Source: an uncultured delta proteobacterium (lineage in GTDB: Bacteria; Desulfobacterota; Binatia; UBA9968). Taken from it: a stretch of 64,000 nt of DNA. Positions within the stretch are counted from its first letter, which is position 1. Every line of letters begins with the position of its first letter. A model generated the notes under the pieces. It worked only from the letters and a program-made list of their open reading frames with translations. It was not told the DNA's origin and made no database searches. The DNA lies in assembly GCA_963755715.1 (NCBI GenBank), contig CAVWLW010000041.1:1-64000 (forward strand). Direction: 5' to 3'. Made by a program: the position numbers and the translations under genes. Positions 51,609-62,166 of this stretch are shown piece by piece.

Positions 51609-52442
51609 ATGCCGAACGTAAACTTGTCGACGGGGGCGAATCTTTACTATGAAACCCATGGCTCGGGCGAACCGCTCGTACTGATCCCGTCGACCGCCTT
51701 CTCGGGCGAAGTCTGGAAGCCGTCGCAACTGCCGCTGGCGCAGGCCACCCAACTGGTCCTTCACGATCCGCGCGGCACCGGGCGCTCAACGGCGAGCCAG
51801 CAAGTTTACACGATCAATCAGATGGCCAACGACGTAGTCGCTTTGCTCGATCATCTGAAGATTGCTTCGGCCCACGTGCTCGGCCACTCGATGGGCGGGC
51901 GCATCGGACTGGAGATGGCGCTCAATTTTCCCGGACGAGTGAAAAGTCTGATTATGGCCGCCAGCGGTTCCGGCCAAGCGGCGCGGCCGGGGCCCGATTG
52001 CATTCCCGGTTTGCCGCATTGGCTGGTCATCCGGCTTGTGGAAAAAGGCTTCGAGAAAGCGCTGCGCGAAGAGTTTTGCGACACCAGCGCGTTCTTTACG
52101 GACCCCTATCGCAAACAGCATCCCGACAAGGTCGAAGAATTTTTTCAACTGGCCTGGGCGACGCACTCGAAGCTTGCCGAATACATCCACCTCATCATCG
52201 CGCGCCACAACTGGGAAGCGACCCATCGCCTGGGCGACGTGCGCTGCCCGACGCTGGTGCTGATCGGCGACAATGATTCGGCGCGCAGTAACCACTTGGC
52301 TCAAGCCGAAACGCTAAAGAATCGGATTCCCGGCGCGGAGCTTAAAATTCTCAAGGGGCAATCGCACGGCTTTTTCTGGCAGGCGCCGGAGGAAACCAAT
52401 CAAGTGATTCTCGACTGGGTCAAGCGGCACGCGAGCGTATGA
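51609..52442 (+). CDS. alpha/beta fold hydrolase (PcaD/RutD-like)
   Basis: YYETHGSGEP, DPRGTGRS, GHSMGG, IGDND, SHGFFW. Confidence 0.88.
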   Translation: MPNVNLSTGANLYYETHGSGEPLVLIPSTAFSGEVWKPSQLPLAQATQLVLHDPRGTGRSTASQQVYTINQMANDVVALLDHLKIASAHVLGHSMGGRIGLEMALNFPGRVKSLIMAASGSGQAARPGPDCIPGLPHWLVIRLVEKGFEKALREEFCDTSAFFTDPYRKQHPDKVEEFFQLAWATHSKLAEYIHLIIARHNWEATHRLGDVRCPTLVLIGDNDSARSNHLAQAETLKNRIPGAELKILKGQSHGFFWQAPEETNQVILDWVKRHASV

Positions 52443-52790
52443 GTCATCGTCCTAGTCGTTCAAGACGTTCTCGCAGAATTACGACCCCGCAGCAGATACT
52501 AACTTCAGCTAGTCAACAACACCCTGAAAGTTTTTCCCCTTCTGGCTTTTCCCCATTGCTGAGCCGGGCCGTATTTAGATATTGGGTTTGCGTCGGCGTC
52601 CTGATAACGTGATCCCGCATCGAAACGGGAAAGAGAAATGAAGGGAAGCTCCCGATCGGCAGCTTTTTCATTCGTTACACTGCTGTGTAGATTCGCTCTA
52701 TCGTTTGTGACGAAGGAAGAAGATCGTCGAAACCTTCTATAGATGTAGAACGAGCCCTGTCATCGGTCTTTAGGCGCCAAGCCCAAAAAA

Positions 52791-55484
52791 ATGTCTGTTA
52801 AAACACAAACGGTTCGGCGCACTGCGATAGCGATCGTAGCCCTCGCTGCGGTTTATTTTCTCGCCGGCAAGTTTGGCCTTTCCTTGGCGACTGAACACCC
52901 TAGCGCCTCAGCGATCTGGCCCCCTAGCGGTATCGCATTGGCGGCTCTTCTGCTTTGGGATTATCGAATTTGGCCCGGAGTTTTCCTCGGAGCTTTTCTA
53001 GTCAACATCACAACCGAAAGCAGTTTTGCGACCACCCTCGGTATCGCTTCGGGCAACACACTCGGAGCCCTTGTGGGCGCTTGGCTGATTAACCATTTCG
53101 CCAACCGGCGCAAGGTTTTTGAACGCGCAAAAAACATTTTCAAGTTTGTTTTGCTGGCCGCGCTGGCAAGCACGGCTGTGAGCGCAACTTTCGGGGTCAC
53201 TAGTTTAACGCTCGGTGGGTATGCTCCGTGGGATCGCTACGGCTCTATTTGGTTCACCTGGTGGCTCGGGGATATAACGGGGGATCTCTTAATCGCCCCG
53301 TTGCTGGTGATTTGGCTGACACAGCCCTATCCGGATCTCAAGCCTCGCCGGATATTCGAAGCGGCAGGCTTGCTGCTGTCGATTCTGTCTCTCGGGTACA
53401 TCGTGTTTTTATCGGGCACTGCACGCGGCTTGGAATATGTTCTGATTCTACCGCTTCTATGGGCGGCGTTCCGATATGGGCAACGCGGTGCTGTCACTGC
53501 CGCGTTTCTCACGTCCGCAATTGCGTTAGCGGGCACCGTCCAAGGGATTGGCCCTTTCGCCACTGCGGGTCCGAATGAAGCACTTCTTCATTTACAAGGG
53601 TTCATGGGCACGATCGCAATGGCGGCTCTAGTGCTGGCCGCCGCCATCAGCGAGCGAACGCGCGCCGAACAACGGATTGAGGTTCAAGAGGCCGTCAGCC
53701 GAATTTTGGCTGATTCTCTGGATCTCGAGGAAGCCGGTTCCCATATCCTGCAGATTTTATGTGAGCGCGCAAAATGGAGTGCGGGGGCTATATGGAATGT
53801 CGATCGAACTCTCAACGAATTGGTATGCGTGGAGTTTCGGCATGGAGCAGCCGCGGCAGCGCCGCTTTTTGAAGCCGAAAGCAGGAAACGGCGGTTTCCT
53901 TCGGGAGTCGGCCTTCCCGGCCGAGTCCTGAGCGGCGGGAACCCAGCCTGGATTCCTGACGTTACTAAAGACAGCAATTTCCCGCGCGGGCCGATAGCCG
54001 TTCAAGAAGGGCTACGTGCCGCCTTTGGCTTCCCGATAAAAGTGGCGCACGAGGTATTCGGCGTCATCGAATGTTTCAGTCGCGAGGTGCGCGAGATAGA
54101 CGATGATTTTCTCCGAACGGTAAACGACATCGGCGACCAGCTCGGAAGATTCATCGAACGCCAGCGGGCGGGGGAACTTCTTAGCCAAGCGAAAGACGAA
54201 TTAATCAAAGCGAACGAACGGCTCGAAAGACGAGTGCAGGAGCGCACCAGCGACCTGGAACAGGCCAATGCCACTCTGCTGAAAAATATCGATGAGCAAA
54301 AGCGATTGGAAGAGCAGCTCCGCCAAGCGCAGAAAATGGAAAGCATCGGGACGCTGGCCGGCGGCATCGCCCATGATTTCAATAATTCGCTGAATATCAT
54401 CCGCGGCTATGCGACGCTGATCAGCGTGCAAAGCCTGGCGAACCCGCACATCGTCGAGAACACTAAGATCATCAATGAAGAAGTTGAGCGGGGCGCCGCC
54501 GTGGTGCGGCAGCTCCTGACAATCGCACGCAAGACGGAAACCCGCCTCGCCCGCACCGATCCCAACCAGGTCGTTCTGATGGTGAGTGAATTGATCAAGC
54601 AAACGTTTCCCAAAACGGTCGAGATCAAATTGAAGCTTGATCGAACGCTGCACCCGGTGCTGGCAGATGCGAATCAGATCAATCAAGTGCTCCTCAACAT
54701 ATGCGTCAATGCTCGCGACGCCATGCCTAACGGGGGCGAGCTCACCCTGGCTACGGAGATGATCGAGGAAAACACGCTGCCAAGGCACCATCCGGAAGCT
54801 TCGGCAAAGACGCACGTCTGTATCGCGGTCACGGATACGGGAACCGGCATGGAAGAAAGCGTGCGTTCCCGAGTCTTTGAACCGTTTTTTACGACCAAGG
54901 GATTCGGTGAAGGCACCGGACTAGGGCTCGCAATGGTTTACGGCATTATGAAAAACCATCACGGTATTGTTGACGTCGCAAGCGAGCCCGGCGTAGGAAC
55001 GACCTTTCGGTTATATCTCCCTGCGTTTCAGGAAGACGCACTGTCGGTTTCTGGCGAAATCACGGAGGGGAGACTAGCCGTTCGAACTCTGGCCAAGCAC
55101 TCGACCGTTCTCGTGGTGGAAGACGAAGAGGCGATGGTCCGCGTGTTGGAAAACGATTTGCTGCGGGAAGGCTACCGCGTCCTAGTCGCCAGGGATGGCG
55201 CCGAGGCGATCGATCTCTATCAGCGGCACGGACACGAGATCGATGTCGTCTTGATGGATCTCGGGTTGCCCAAAGTGACCGGCTCCGACGTGATTCGGAC
55301 GATGAAAAAGCAAAATCCCGGAGTCCACGTCATTGTTACTACCGGCTACATAGGGCCGGAAGTGAAATCGGAACTGTTCCTAGCGGGAGTAAAGGACTAC
55401 ATCGAAAAACCCTATTTCGTGACGGACGTCTTGCAACGCGTAAGCGAGTATTTGAAGACTGCCGAACCTTCGTCTGCGATTTAA
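52791..55484 (+). CDS. hybrid sensor histidine kinase (MASE1-GAF-HisKA-HATPase-REC)
   Basis: [10 protein letters not shown] and WWLGD (MASE1); GVGLPGRV (GAF); [34 protein letters not shown]; VEDE...MDLGLP...KP. Confidence 0.93.
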   Translation: MSVKTQTVRRTAIAIVALAAVYFLAGKFGLSLATEHPSASAIWPPSGIALAALLLWDYRIWPGVFLGAFLVNITTESSFATTLGIASGNTLGALVGAWLINHFANRRKVFERAKNIFKFVLLAALASTAVSATFGVTSLTLGGYAPWDRYGSIWFTWWLGDITGDLLIAPLLVIWLTQPYPDLKPRRIFEAAGLLLSILSLGYIVFLSGTARGLEYVLILPLLWAAFRYGQRGAVTAAFLTSAIALAGTVQGIGPFATAGPNEALLHLQGFMGTIAMAALVLAAAISERTRAEQRIEVQEAVSRILADSLDLEEAGSHILQILCERAKWSAGAIWNVDRTLNELVCVEFRHGAAAAAPLFEAESRKRRFPSGVGLPGRVLSGGNPAWIPDVTKDSNFPRGPIAVQEGLRAAFGFPIKVAHEVFGVIECFSREVREIDDDFLRTVNDIGDQLGRFIERQRAGELLSQAKDELIKANERLERRVQERTSDLEQANATLLKNIDEQKRLEEQLRQAQKMESIGTLAGGIAHDFNNSLNIIRGYATLISVQSLANPHIVENTKIINEEVERGAAVVRQLLTIARKTETRLARTDPNQVVLMVSELIKQTFPKTVEIKLKLDRTLHPVLADANQINQVLLNICVNARDAMPNGGELTLATEMIEENTLPRHHPEASAKTHVCIAVTDTGTGMEESVRSRVFEPFFTTKGFGEGTGLGLAMVYGIMKNHHGIVDVASEPGVGTTFRLYLPAFQEDALSVSGEITEGRLAVRTLAKHSTVLVVEDEEAMVRVLENDLLREGYRVLVARDGAEAIDLYQRHGHEIDVVLMDLGLPKVTGSDVIRTMKKQNPGVHVIVTTGYIGPEVKSELFLAGVKDYIEKPYFVTDVLQRVSEYLKTAEPSSAI

Positions 55485-55661
55485 CGTCGTCGCGAGATAG
55501 CTCGGCGCTCGGCGGTCGCCTCCTTGTGAAAAAAAAGAGGAAGCGGGCTTCGGGTCAAATTGAGAGAGAATTGAAGAACGAAGTCGGCGAAATGCTGTGG
55601 CTCGATGGGGCGTCCTCTGCGGGGGCTAATATAAAGTCTGCGCTGGCGAGCGAACGCTAGA

Positions 55662-56684
55662 CTATTTATAAAGGCCGTCGATGAAGCCGCTGCGGTCTAA
55701 CTCCGATAGCAACCGAGTGTCGACGAATTGTTCCGGCTTTGCGGTGTTGGCCTTTGAATCGCCTTCGGCAATCTGATCGAGCACACGCTGAATTCCTTCC
55801 AGAGTTGGATAGGGTTTGCGCTGCACGACGTCCTGAATGAAGATGTTGTAGGTTTCCTCCAAGCTGGTGCGATCCTTGTTAAAATCCAGTTTCATGTAGC
55901 GAGCGGTGATGCGCATACTCTCTTCTCTGTGTGTCTTTGCATAGTGGATTCCCGCGACGTAAGCGCGCATGAAGCGCGCGGCGACGTCGGGTTTTTCCCG
56001 CAGGAATGCGCCGCTGGCCGCGATAGCCGAGCCGGCGTATTCGAATTTTTCCTTGATCATATCCAGCATCGAGTAGAACCCTTGCTCTCGCGCGACGCGC
56101 GTGATCGGCGGGGCAAAGATCGCTGCCTGCACGACACCTGACTTGAGCGCGGCCAAACGCGCGGTTTGACCGCCGCCGAGTTGCAGAAGCGTCACATCGG
56201 AGAGCGGGACGTTGAGGCGCTTGAGAGCCAATCTCACGCCAAAATCCGATAGCGATCCAAAGCGGGCGATCGCAATCTTGCTCCCTTTGAGCTGGTCGGG
56301 ACGGTTGATCTTGGGATCCGACATCAAAACGTAGGTGAGGTTGTTGATCATACCGGCGATGATCTTGATGTCAGATCCGCGCAAGCTGCTCGATATCGCC
56401 GCGGTCGATCCCAGCAAGCCCAGCTGAATTTCGCCCGACAACATCGCTTGCACGGCGATGGTGCCGCTATCCAAATAAATAATCTCTGGATCGAGACCAT
56501 ATTTTTGAAACATGCCGGACTCTTTTATAATGTAGAATGCCGACTGCTCGCCTGTGATAGCGGAATAAAAGATGCGAATCTTCTCGGCAGCGAAGCTTTC
56601 TCTAGGGGCGAGAGAGCAAAAAACTGCGGCCCATGCCCAGAACATTACTGAGCCCGTTATATGGACGATTCGGCGGTTGATCAT
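55662..56684 (-). CDS. ABC transporter substrate-binding protein (NitT/TauT, NMT1-like)
   Basis: Signal peptide; LKGSKIAIARFGS, PYPTLEG, AKPEQFVDTRLLSELDRSGFIDGLY. Confidence 0.9.
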   Translation of the reverse strand: MINRRIVHITGSVMFWAWAAVFCSLAPRESFAAEKIRIFYSAITGEQSAFYIIKESGMFQKYGLDPEIIYLDSGTIAVQAMLSGEIQLGLLGSTAAISSSLRGSDIKIIAGMINNLTYVLMSDPKINRPDQLKGSKIAIARFGSLSDFGVRLALKRLNVPLSDVTLLQLGGGQTARLAALKSGVVQAAIFAPPITRVAREQGFYSMLDMIKEKFEYAGSAIAASGAFLREKPDVAARFMRAYVAGIHYAKTHREESMRITARYMKLDFNKDRTSLEETYNIFIQDVVQRKPYPTLEGIQRVLDQIAEGDSKANTAKPEQFVDTRLLSELDRSGFIDGLYK

Positions 56685-56898
56685 GGAATACCTCGATTAG
56701 CGGCACGCCGCACTTGTAATCCTCGCGTACGTCGGACAGCGGCTCCGCGTCGAGTCGCATAATCGTCGCGTAAAATTCCACAGTCAGCTTCTCACAGCGT
56801 GACGAGGGTCGCAATCAACTCATTGCCGGCGCGCTGCCGCTACTCAGGTTTCGGCGTCGCTCTTGACCTTCGGCTCAGTGCTGGGATATACAGCGCCG

Positions 56899-57090
56899 AT
56901 GCCGATTCAATTCATACTGCCCACGAAGTTCACTCGCGCCGACATCGAGTGGCATGTGGATACGCTGGCGCTAAAGTTCCAGGGTACGAAGAATAAAAAG
57001 ATAATCGATCAGATTGCCGGCCTGAACCGCCTGCTTGCAAAGATGGATGCTCGCAGTTCTGATCTGTCCCAACCGAAGAATCGTCAGTGA
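56899..57090 (+). CDS. small hypothetical protein (63 aa)
   Basis: MPIQFILPTKFTRADIEWHVDTLALKFQGTKNKKIIDQIAGLNRLLAKMD; protein-like composition in an intergenic gap; weak RBS. Confidence 0.45.
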   Translation: MPIQFILPTKFTRADIEWHVDTLALKFQGTKNKKIIDQIAGLNRLLAKMDARSSDLSQPKNRQ

Positions 57091-57157
57091 TTTGCTGTTT
57101 AACTCCTGATTTGTCTTGCTTTGCGGCGCTACCCTGAACCTCTCCACCAAGCAGAGT

Positions 57158-58150
57158 CTATTGCACAGACGCGCTGACCTTACGCGCGAAGCTGAAGTCG
57201 AAAACTCGCTCAGGCGTCGGCGGCGCGGCTTTGACCCGCTGGGCGGCGGACGCGATCATCTCGCGCTGTAACTTTTCGTCCACCAAACCCGTTAGCACAT
57301 ACCCTCCTACCGCCGCTTCATAGGCACGTTCGGTAAACCGCTCGCGCTCCTTCCCTAGGTCGAGATACGGCCCCTTCATAAACTCCAGGGCGTACTTCTT
57401 GTCGTTTTTGATCAGCCGGACCGCCCGCAAGGTCGCGCGAATGGTTTTGGTCACGAGATCCGGGCGCTCAGCGACGGTCGTTCTCGCCGTTGCCAAGCCG
57501 CCCTGGATGATCCGGTAAACATCGCCGCCCGACGCGATTTTTCGAAAGCCCTCATCTTGGGCCATGAAGGTCTGCGGGATCTGCAACAGGGTGGCCTCGA
57601 TCACCCCGGCCTTCAAGGATACATAAGTCACGTCGCTGGCGCCGAGCGGCAGGAAAGTCACTTGCTCGGGCGGCACGTGATTCGCGATCAGGATCTGGCG
57701 CGCCAAAATCTCGGTCAGGCCGCCGATACCGGCCACGCCGATCTTCTTTCCGCGTAACTGTTGAACGCTGGTGATGCTCGGCTGGACGATCAAATCAAAT
57801 GACGGCGCGTCGCTCATCGCCAGAACGACCCTGACGTCGGCGCCGTTCACGATCGCGCTGACCGCAGTTCCCGTAGCCGTGCCGAAGTCGATGCTGCCGC
57901 CCAAGAGCGCCTGCACCGCCAGGTTCGCCTTAATCAGAATGATCTCGGCGTCCAAACCCTCCTCGCGGAAAAAGTTTCGCTCTCGCGCCACGTAAAACGG
58001 CATGTCCAATGTGCTGCGCGACACGATGCCGATGCGGACGGGAGAAAGCTTCCCTGGCTGTTCAGCACAAAACGTATTTTGGGTCGCGGCAGGAAACAGG
58101 ATTGAAGAGACTGAAAGGAGAACAATCGCGATCCATCCTGTTTTACGCAT
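57158..58150 (-). CDS. ABC transporter substrate-binding protein (NitT/TauT, NMT1-like)
   Basis: GAGGAG then MRKTGWIAIVLL; FFREEGLD, LRGKKIGV, ERVFDFSF. Confidence 0.9.
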   Translation of the reverse strand: MRKTGWIAIVLLSVSSILFPAATQNTFCAEQPGKLSPVRIGIVSRSTLDMPFYVARERNFFREEGLDAEIILIKANLAVQALLGGSIDFGTATGTAVSAIVNGADVRVVLAMSDAPSFDLIVQPSITSVQQLRGKKIGVAGIGGLTEILARQILIANHVPPEQVTFLPLGASDVTYVSLKAGVIEATLLQIPQTFMAQDEGFRKIASGGDVYRIIQGGLATARTTVAERPDLVTKTIRATLRAVRLIKNDKKYALEFMKGPYLDLGKERERFTERAYEAAVGGYVLTGLVDEKLQREMIASAAQRVKAAPPTPERVFDFSFARKVSASVQ

Positions 58151-58296
58151 CGGCTTCTCCTCGCAACGATAGCGTTGGTTAAAGGACTGATGATCGCCCC
58201 GCCATTCGAGTACGCCGGCGACGAACTGCGCTGAAGTTTTCGCGGACCGCTCGCCCGCGTTCAATCTTACGATTCGATCGTGAGCGGTCCGGCATA

Positions 58297-59133
58297 CTAA
58301 CGTCCCAGACGTTCGAGCTGCTCGAGGTGATCGGTTTCCGCTGCCAGCATATTCTCCAAGCGTATCGCCAGACCTTTGTCGCCAAACTCCGCCGCCTGGT
58401 CGATCCGTTTCGCGTAGTTGCCTATGACCTTCCGTTCGGCGGCGATGTTCTGCTGCAAAAGCTCGCGGGCGGCGCCAAATTCTGCGGGCATAGCCGGTCG
58501 GATACGCACTTCGCCCCCGAGCGCCACGATCTTGTCGGCGAGAAACGTAGCGTGGTCAAGCTCGCTGGGTAGCTCTTTTTTCAGTAACTCGCGAAGCTCG
58601 TGACCGAGCATGCCGCGGCCGGCGGCCGCGTGATACACGCCCCTGAGGAGCGCCTCGAGCTCGAGGTTGAGATCTTCATTCAGGCCGTTTATGAGATCCT
58701 CCCGGGTCATGGTAACGGAATGGCCCACTACGTGCCTGACTGGCACTTTGAAGCGGCGTTCGATGCGCCGGGGCTGGTCAAGGGCCACCCAGCGTGACCT
58801 TTGCAGCGGTAGAGTGGAGATAATGATGCCGTCGTATTTTTCTTGGTGCTGTTCCAGTTCGTTCTCGATTGCTTTTACAGGCGAAGCATCGCCCACTTCC
58901 GTGCGCGCGACTTTCGCGCCCACTCCCGCTAGATGATCCTGTGCGGCCTGGGCAGTCCGCTTCGCTATTGTTTCACTATCGCCGTCCTGCCAATCGAGGA
59001 GATCTTCCACCGGTGTGGCGGGAACCAGCAAGACAAACTCCGTATCTGCATCCTTGGCAACGATCTCCCGAACTGCGTTGGTCAGCTCGGGGCTAGCGGC
59101 GGTTTGGTTGGCCAAAACGAGATAGCGTGGCAT
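58297..59133 (-). CDS. fusion of a USP-like domain and a bacterioferritin-like domain
   Basis: GGAGGTG then ATG 59133; YLVLANQT, LLVPA, VGDASP, IIISTLP..SRW; then LINGLNEDLNLE, ELDH, LADKIVALGG, AERKVIGNY, ETDH. Confidence 0.8.
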   Translation of the reverse strand: MPRYLVLANQTAASPELTNAVREIVAKDADTEFVLLVPATPVEDLLDWQDGDSETIAKRTAQAAQDHLAGVGAKVARTEVGDASPVKAIENELEQHQEKYDGIIISTLPLQRSRWVALDQPRRIERRFKVPVRHVVGHSVTMTREDLINGLNEDLNLELEALLRGVYHAAAGRGMLGHELRELLKKELPSELDHATFLADKIVALGGEVRIRPAMPAEFGAARELLQQNIAAERKVIGNYAKRIDQAAEFGDKGLAIRLENMLAAETDHLEQLERLGR

Positions 59134-59374
59134 ATCACACCTCCCAAGAAGTTGTGGACTGACAACCAAAAAATAGGCCGAACGACGTCCCAAATACAAG
59201 GCTTTTTCCCTTGTGTTTTTCAGAGCCGCCGCAGCGCAAGATGCAAAACCGTAATGCCTTTGTTCATCTGCGAGCCCTTGGGCTCGCGTTGGACCAAAAC
59301 GAATCACGTCCGAAAATGGCCAATCGCTTGCTTGCGCAGGGACTGCGCATGTTCCAATCTGTCTCTACAACGTT

Positions 59375-60907
59375 ATGAAAGATTTTTACCAAGCTTTGCT
59401 CGCTCGCGACTACCGCTTCGACGGTAAATTTTTTGTCGCTGTGAAAACCACCGGAGTTTACTGTCGGCCCATTTGCCCGGCGAGGCCGAAACGCGAGAAC
59501 GTCGTGTTCTTCCCGGATGCGGCATCGGCCGAAGCGGCGGGGTACCGGCCGTGTCTGCGCTGCCGGCCCGAATGCGCGCCGCTCTCGCCGGCCTGGTGGG
59601 GCAAGCGGGCCGTGGTTCAACGCGCGCTCAAACTCATCGCCAACAATGAACTCAATCACAATAACGAGGAGGAGTTCGCTCAACGGCTGGGCGTGAGCGC
59701 GCGGCACCTGCGGCGGCTTTTCAAAGAAGAGATTGGCCGGACGCCCAAGCAGATCTCCGACGCCAACCGGCTCAATTTCGCGCGCAGATTGCTCGTTGAA
59801 ACGCCTGTGCCGATCATGACGGTAGCGCGCAGCGCCGGGTTTGCCTCGCTCAGACGTTTCAACGATGCGTTCAAGAGGCGCTTCGAGCGCGCGCCTTCTC
59901 AATTGAGGAGAACTCGGTCAAAGATCGCAACCACACAGGGCATCGAGCTCAAACTGTCGTTCAGACCGCCTTACGACTGGCAGAGCCTTATTCGGTTCTA
60001 TCAATCGCACCCGATTCCAGGCGTTGAGCGTGTTGTGGAAAACGCTTTCGAACGGGTTTTTCGCATCGACGAGACCGTCGGATTTCTGCGAGTTCAACCA
60101 GTAGCCAACCGAGCGCAGCTAAAGCTCCGCGTCGTCACTGAAGATCCGCGCATCCTTTTCGAGGTCGTGAATCGGGTCAGAAAAATGTTCGATCTAGATT
60201 CCGATCCGATGTTGATCGCTGACAGCTTTGCTCAGGTGCCGCTGCTCGCCAAGCTTGTGGATCGTTTTCCCGGGCTGAGAGTGCCGGGGAGCTGGGATCC
60301 TTTTGAGACGGCGGTCTGCTCGATCTTGGGCCAAGTCGTTTCGGCTCAACAGCGAGCCAATCTGGTGGGTCAACTCGTGCGCGGTTACGGAGAAGAGATT
60401 ATTCACCCGGTAACGGAAGAAAAAGCGTACTTGTTTCCCAGTCCCGCGGCCCTGGCGAGCGCCGAACTGAACGAAGTGAGAACAAGTCCGGCGCGCAAAG
60501 AGGCGGTTCGCGATTTCAGCCGGCGCGTATTGAGCGGAGCGATTTCTCTGTCGGAAGCTCAAGACCCGCTGATGTTTCGCAAGGCTCTACTTGGGACCAA
60601 AGGATTGGGACCGTGGTCGGCCGAATACATCAGCCTCAGATCCATCGGTGATACGGATGCCTTTCCACGCACCGACTTGATCCTCAAGCGGGTGCTCGCG
60701 CTCCATCCCGATCTGGATCTAGACGTGATCAAACCGTGGAAGTCCTATGCGGCGGTCTATCTTTGGAAAGAATTTGCCCAAACGCTATCCAAGCAAAAAG
60801 GCAAGAAACCATACGACTCTACTTTGCAGAGCGATGAAGTCGCCGGCCGGAAAGCTCAATTGAGTCGTAAACGTCGAAACCTTAGCGAAATACTGAAAAC
60901 CCTTTAA
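59375..60907 (+). CDS. alkA: Ada/AlkA bifunctional regulator and DNA-3-methyladenine glycosylase II
   Basis: RDYRFDGKFFVAVKTTGVYCRPICP, RPCLRCRPE (Ada Zn site); AraC HTH GFASLRRFN; AlkA_N RPPYDW; HhH KGLGPWSAEY, DAFPRTD. Confidence 0.93.
   Translation: MKDFYQALLARDYRFDGKFFVAVKTTGVYCRPICPARPKRENVVFFPDAASAEAAGYRPCLRCRPECAPLSPAWWGKRAVVQRALKLIANNELNHNNEEEFAQRLGVSARHLRRLFKEEIGRTPKQISDANRLNFARRLLVETPVPIMTVARSAGFASLRRFNDAFKRRFERAPSQLRRTRSKIATTQGIELKLSFRPPYDWQSLIRFYQSHPIPGVERVVENAFERVFRIDETVGFLRVQPVANRAQLKLRVVTEDPRILFEVVNRVRKMFDLDSDPMLIADSFAQVPLLAKLVDRFPGLRVPGSWDPFETAVCSILGQVVSAQQRANLVGQLVRGYGEEIIHPVTEEKAYLFPSPAALASAELNEVRTSPARKEAVRDFSRRVLSGAISLSEAQDPLMFRKALLGTKGLGPWSAEYISLRSIGDTDAFPRTDLILKRVLALHPDLDLDVIKPWKSYAAVYLWKEFAQTLSKQKGKKPYDSTLQSDEVAGRKAQLSRKRRNLSEILKTL
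60813..60872 (+). pseudogene. possible decayed 5' remnant of ogt (methylated-DNA cysteine methyltransferase)
   Basis: Alternate frame (T)TLLCRAMKSPAGKLN*VV resembles the Ogt start MTLxxxxMxSPxGxLxLV, at the position where ogt often follows alkA. Confidence 0.45.
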
Positions 60908-60910
60908 GAG

Positions 60911-60992
60911 TCCTTCGACCTCGCTCAGGACGAACGGAGGGGTTTTGATATGATTGATGCCATTGCCGTGCTGCGGAGCCTCATGAAGCATG
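60911..60992. repeat. degenerate REP-like element
   Basis: TCCTTCGACCTCGCTCAGGACGAACGG ... CCGTGCTGCGGAGCCTCATGAAGCATG; loosely related to 36531..36594. Confidence 0.55.
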
Positions 60993-61169
60993 AGATCTTC
61001 GAAGCAGTCCAAACTTTTTGCAGCAAACTTGACGACCGTTATAGCAGCGGGAGAACTACAATGAGATATTACAGTGAAGATGTCCCTGGCTCTGCAGACC
61101 TTCGCTAGTTCGGCATAAAAAGACGAATAGAGAAATCAGAGAAGACTCGCCCAAATCCACTTTAAAGCG

Positions 61170-62162
61170 TTACCGACCAAATATCTGGCTCACAAATCCG
61201 CTTTTTTCCAGCTCGGTTAAAATCGAGTTGTCGATGAACTGTTCCGGCCTCGCCGTTTTGGCGCCAGCATGGCGAGTGAAGTTCAGCACCGACTGCACTC
61301 CGGCGGTCGAAACATAGGGCACGGGCTCCCAAACTTTGATGAAGGTTTGATAGGTTTCGTCCAGGTCCTCTTGATTCGTGGTTTTGGTATAGGTGCCGAT
61401 CACCTGTTTCGTTTCTTTCGGGTTGGTGGCTGCGTATTTCACCGCTTCGATATACGCCTGCAGAAACCCCCGGACGCGATCGCGATGTTCTTTCATGAAG
61501 TCTCGCGTCGTCGCCAATCCCGCATGGATCATCGGGATATTCCGCTCGGGAACGTTGACGATTTCTTTAAAGCCCGCCTGGCGCGCCTTGAGCGTCACCG
61601 GCGCCGAAATAATCCCCGCGTCGATCACTCCGGTCGTAAGCGCGGCAAGAATCTCCGGCCCGGTTTTCAAGTAAAGCATTTTGACATCCTGCCCCGGCAC
61701 CAGGCCGGCTTCCTGAAAAAGAATCCGTGCCAGATGATCGCTGATGGAGCCGGGAGCAAGCGCCGAAACAACTTTGCCGCGCAGATCGGCCAGTGATTGG
61801 ATCTCCGGCTTGGCAAAGATGGAAAGCACCACTTTGTTCGCGATGCCGGCGATGTAAACCACCCTTTCGCCGTTGAGCCCGGCCTCGAGCAACTCGCCGC
61901 CGGGTGTGATGATATCGACGTTTTTGGTGAGCAGCGCTTGGGTGCCCGTCGTCAGCGGCAAAAATTTCAAATCGACGGAAATACCGTATTTGTTGAACAG
62001 TTTATTTTCTTGCGCGAGCCAAAGCGGCGTGAAAACGCCGCCGATCGCATTGTAGCTGGCGCGAACGACCGGCAGGTCGGCAGCCAACAAGTGGCTGATT
62101 GAAAATAGCGAACTCCAGACCAGCAGCGCGGCAAAAATCTTATGTCGTTGGGTCAGCGTCAT
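61170..62162 (-). CDS. ABC transporter substrate-binding protein (NitT/TauT, NMT1-like)
   Basis: AAGGA then MTLTQRHKIFAALL; PLWLAQENKLFNKYG, ARPEQFIDNSILTELEKSGF. Confidence 0.9.
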   Translation of the reverse strand: MTLTQRHKIFAALLVWSSLFSISHLLAADLPVVRASYNAIGGVFTPLWLAQENKLFNKYGISVDLKFLPLTTGTQALLTKNVDIITPGGELLEAGLNGERVVYIAGIANKVVLSIFAKPEIQSLADLRGKVVSALAPGSISDHLARILFQEAGLVPGQDVKMLYLKTGPEILAALTTGVIDAGIISAPVTLKARQAGFKEIVNVPERNIPMIHAGLATTRDFMKEHRDRVRGFLQAYIEAVKYAATNPKETKQVIGTYTKTTNQEDLDETYQTFIKVWEPVPYVSTAGVQSVLNFTRHAGAKTARPEQFIDNSILTELEKSGFVSQIFGR

Positions 62163-62166
62163 TTGC

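Noticed and set aside
52560-52680. Possible c-di-GMP-I riboswitch (GACGCAAA on the minus strand) and hairpins before the sensor kinase
   Set aside because: The upstream GGCAAAC/GAAA stem is missing and the orientation is opposite to the downstream gene; a covariance-model search would be needed.
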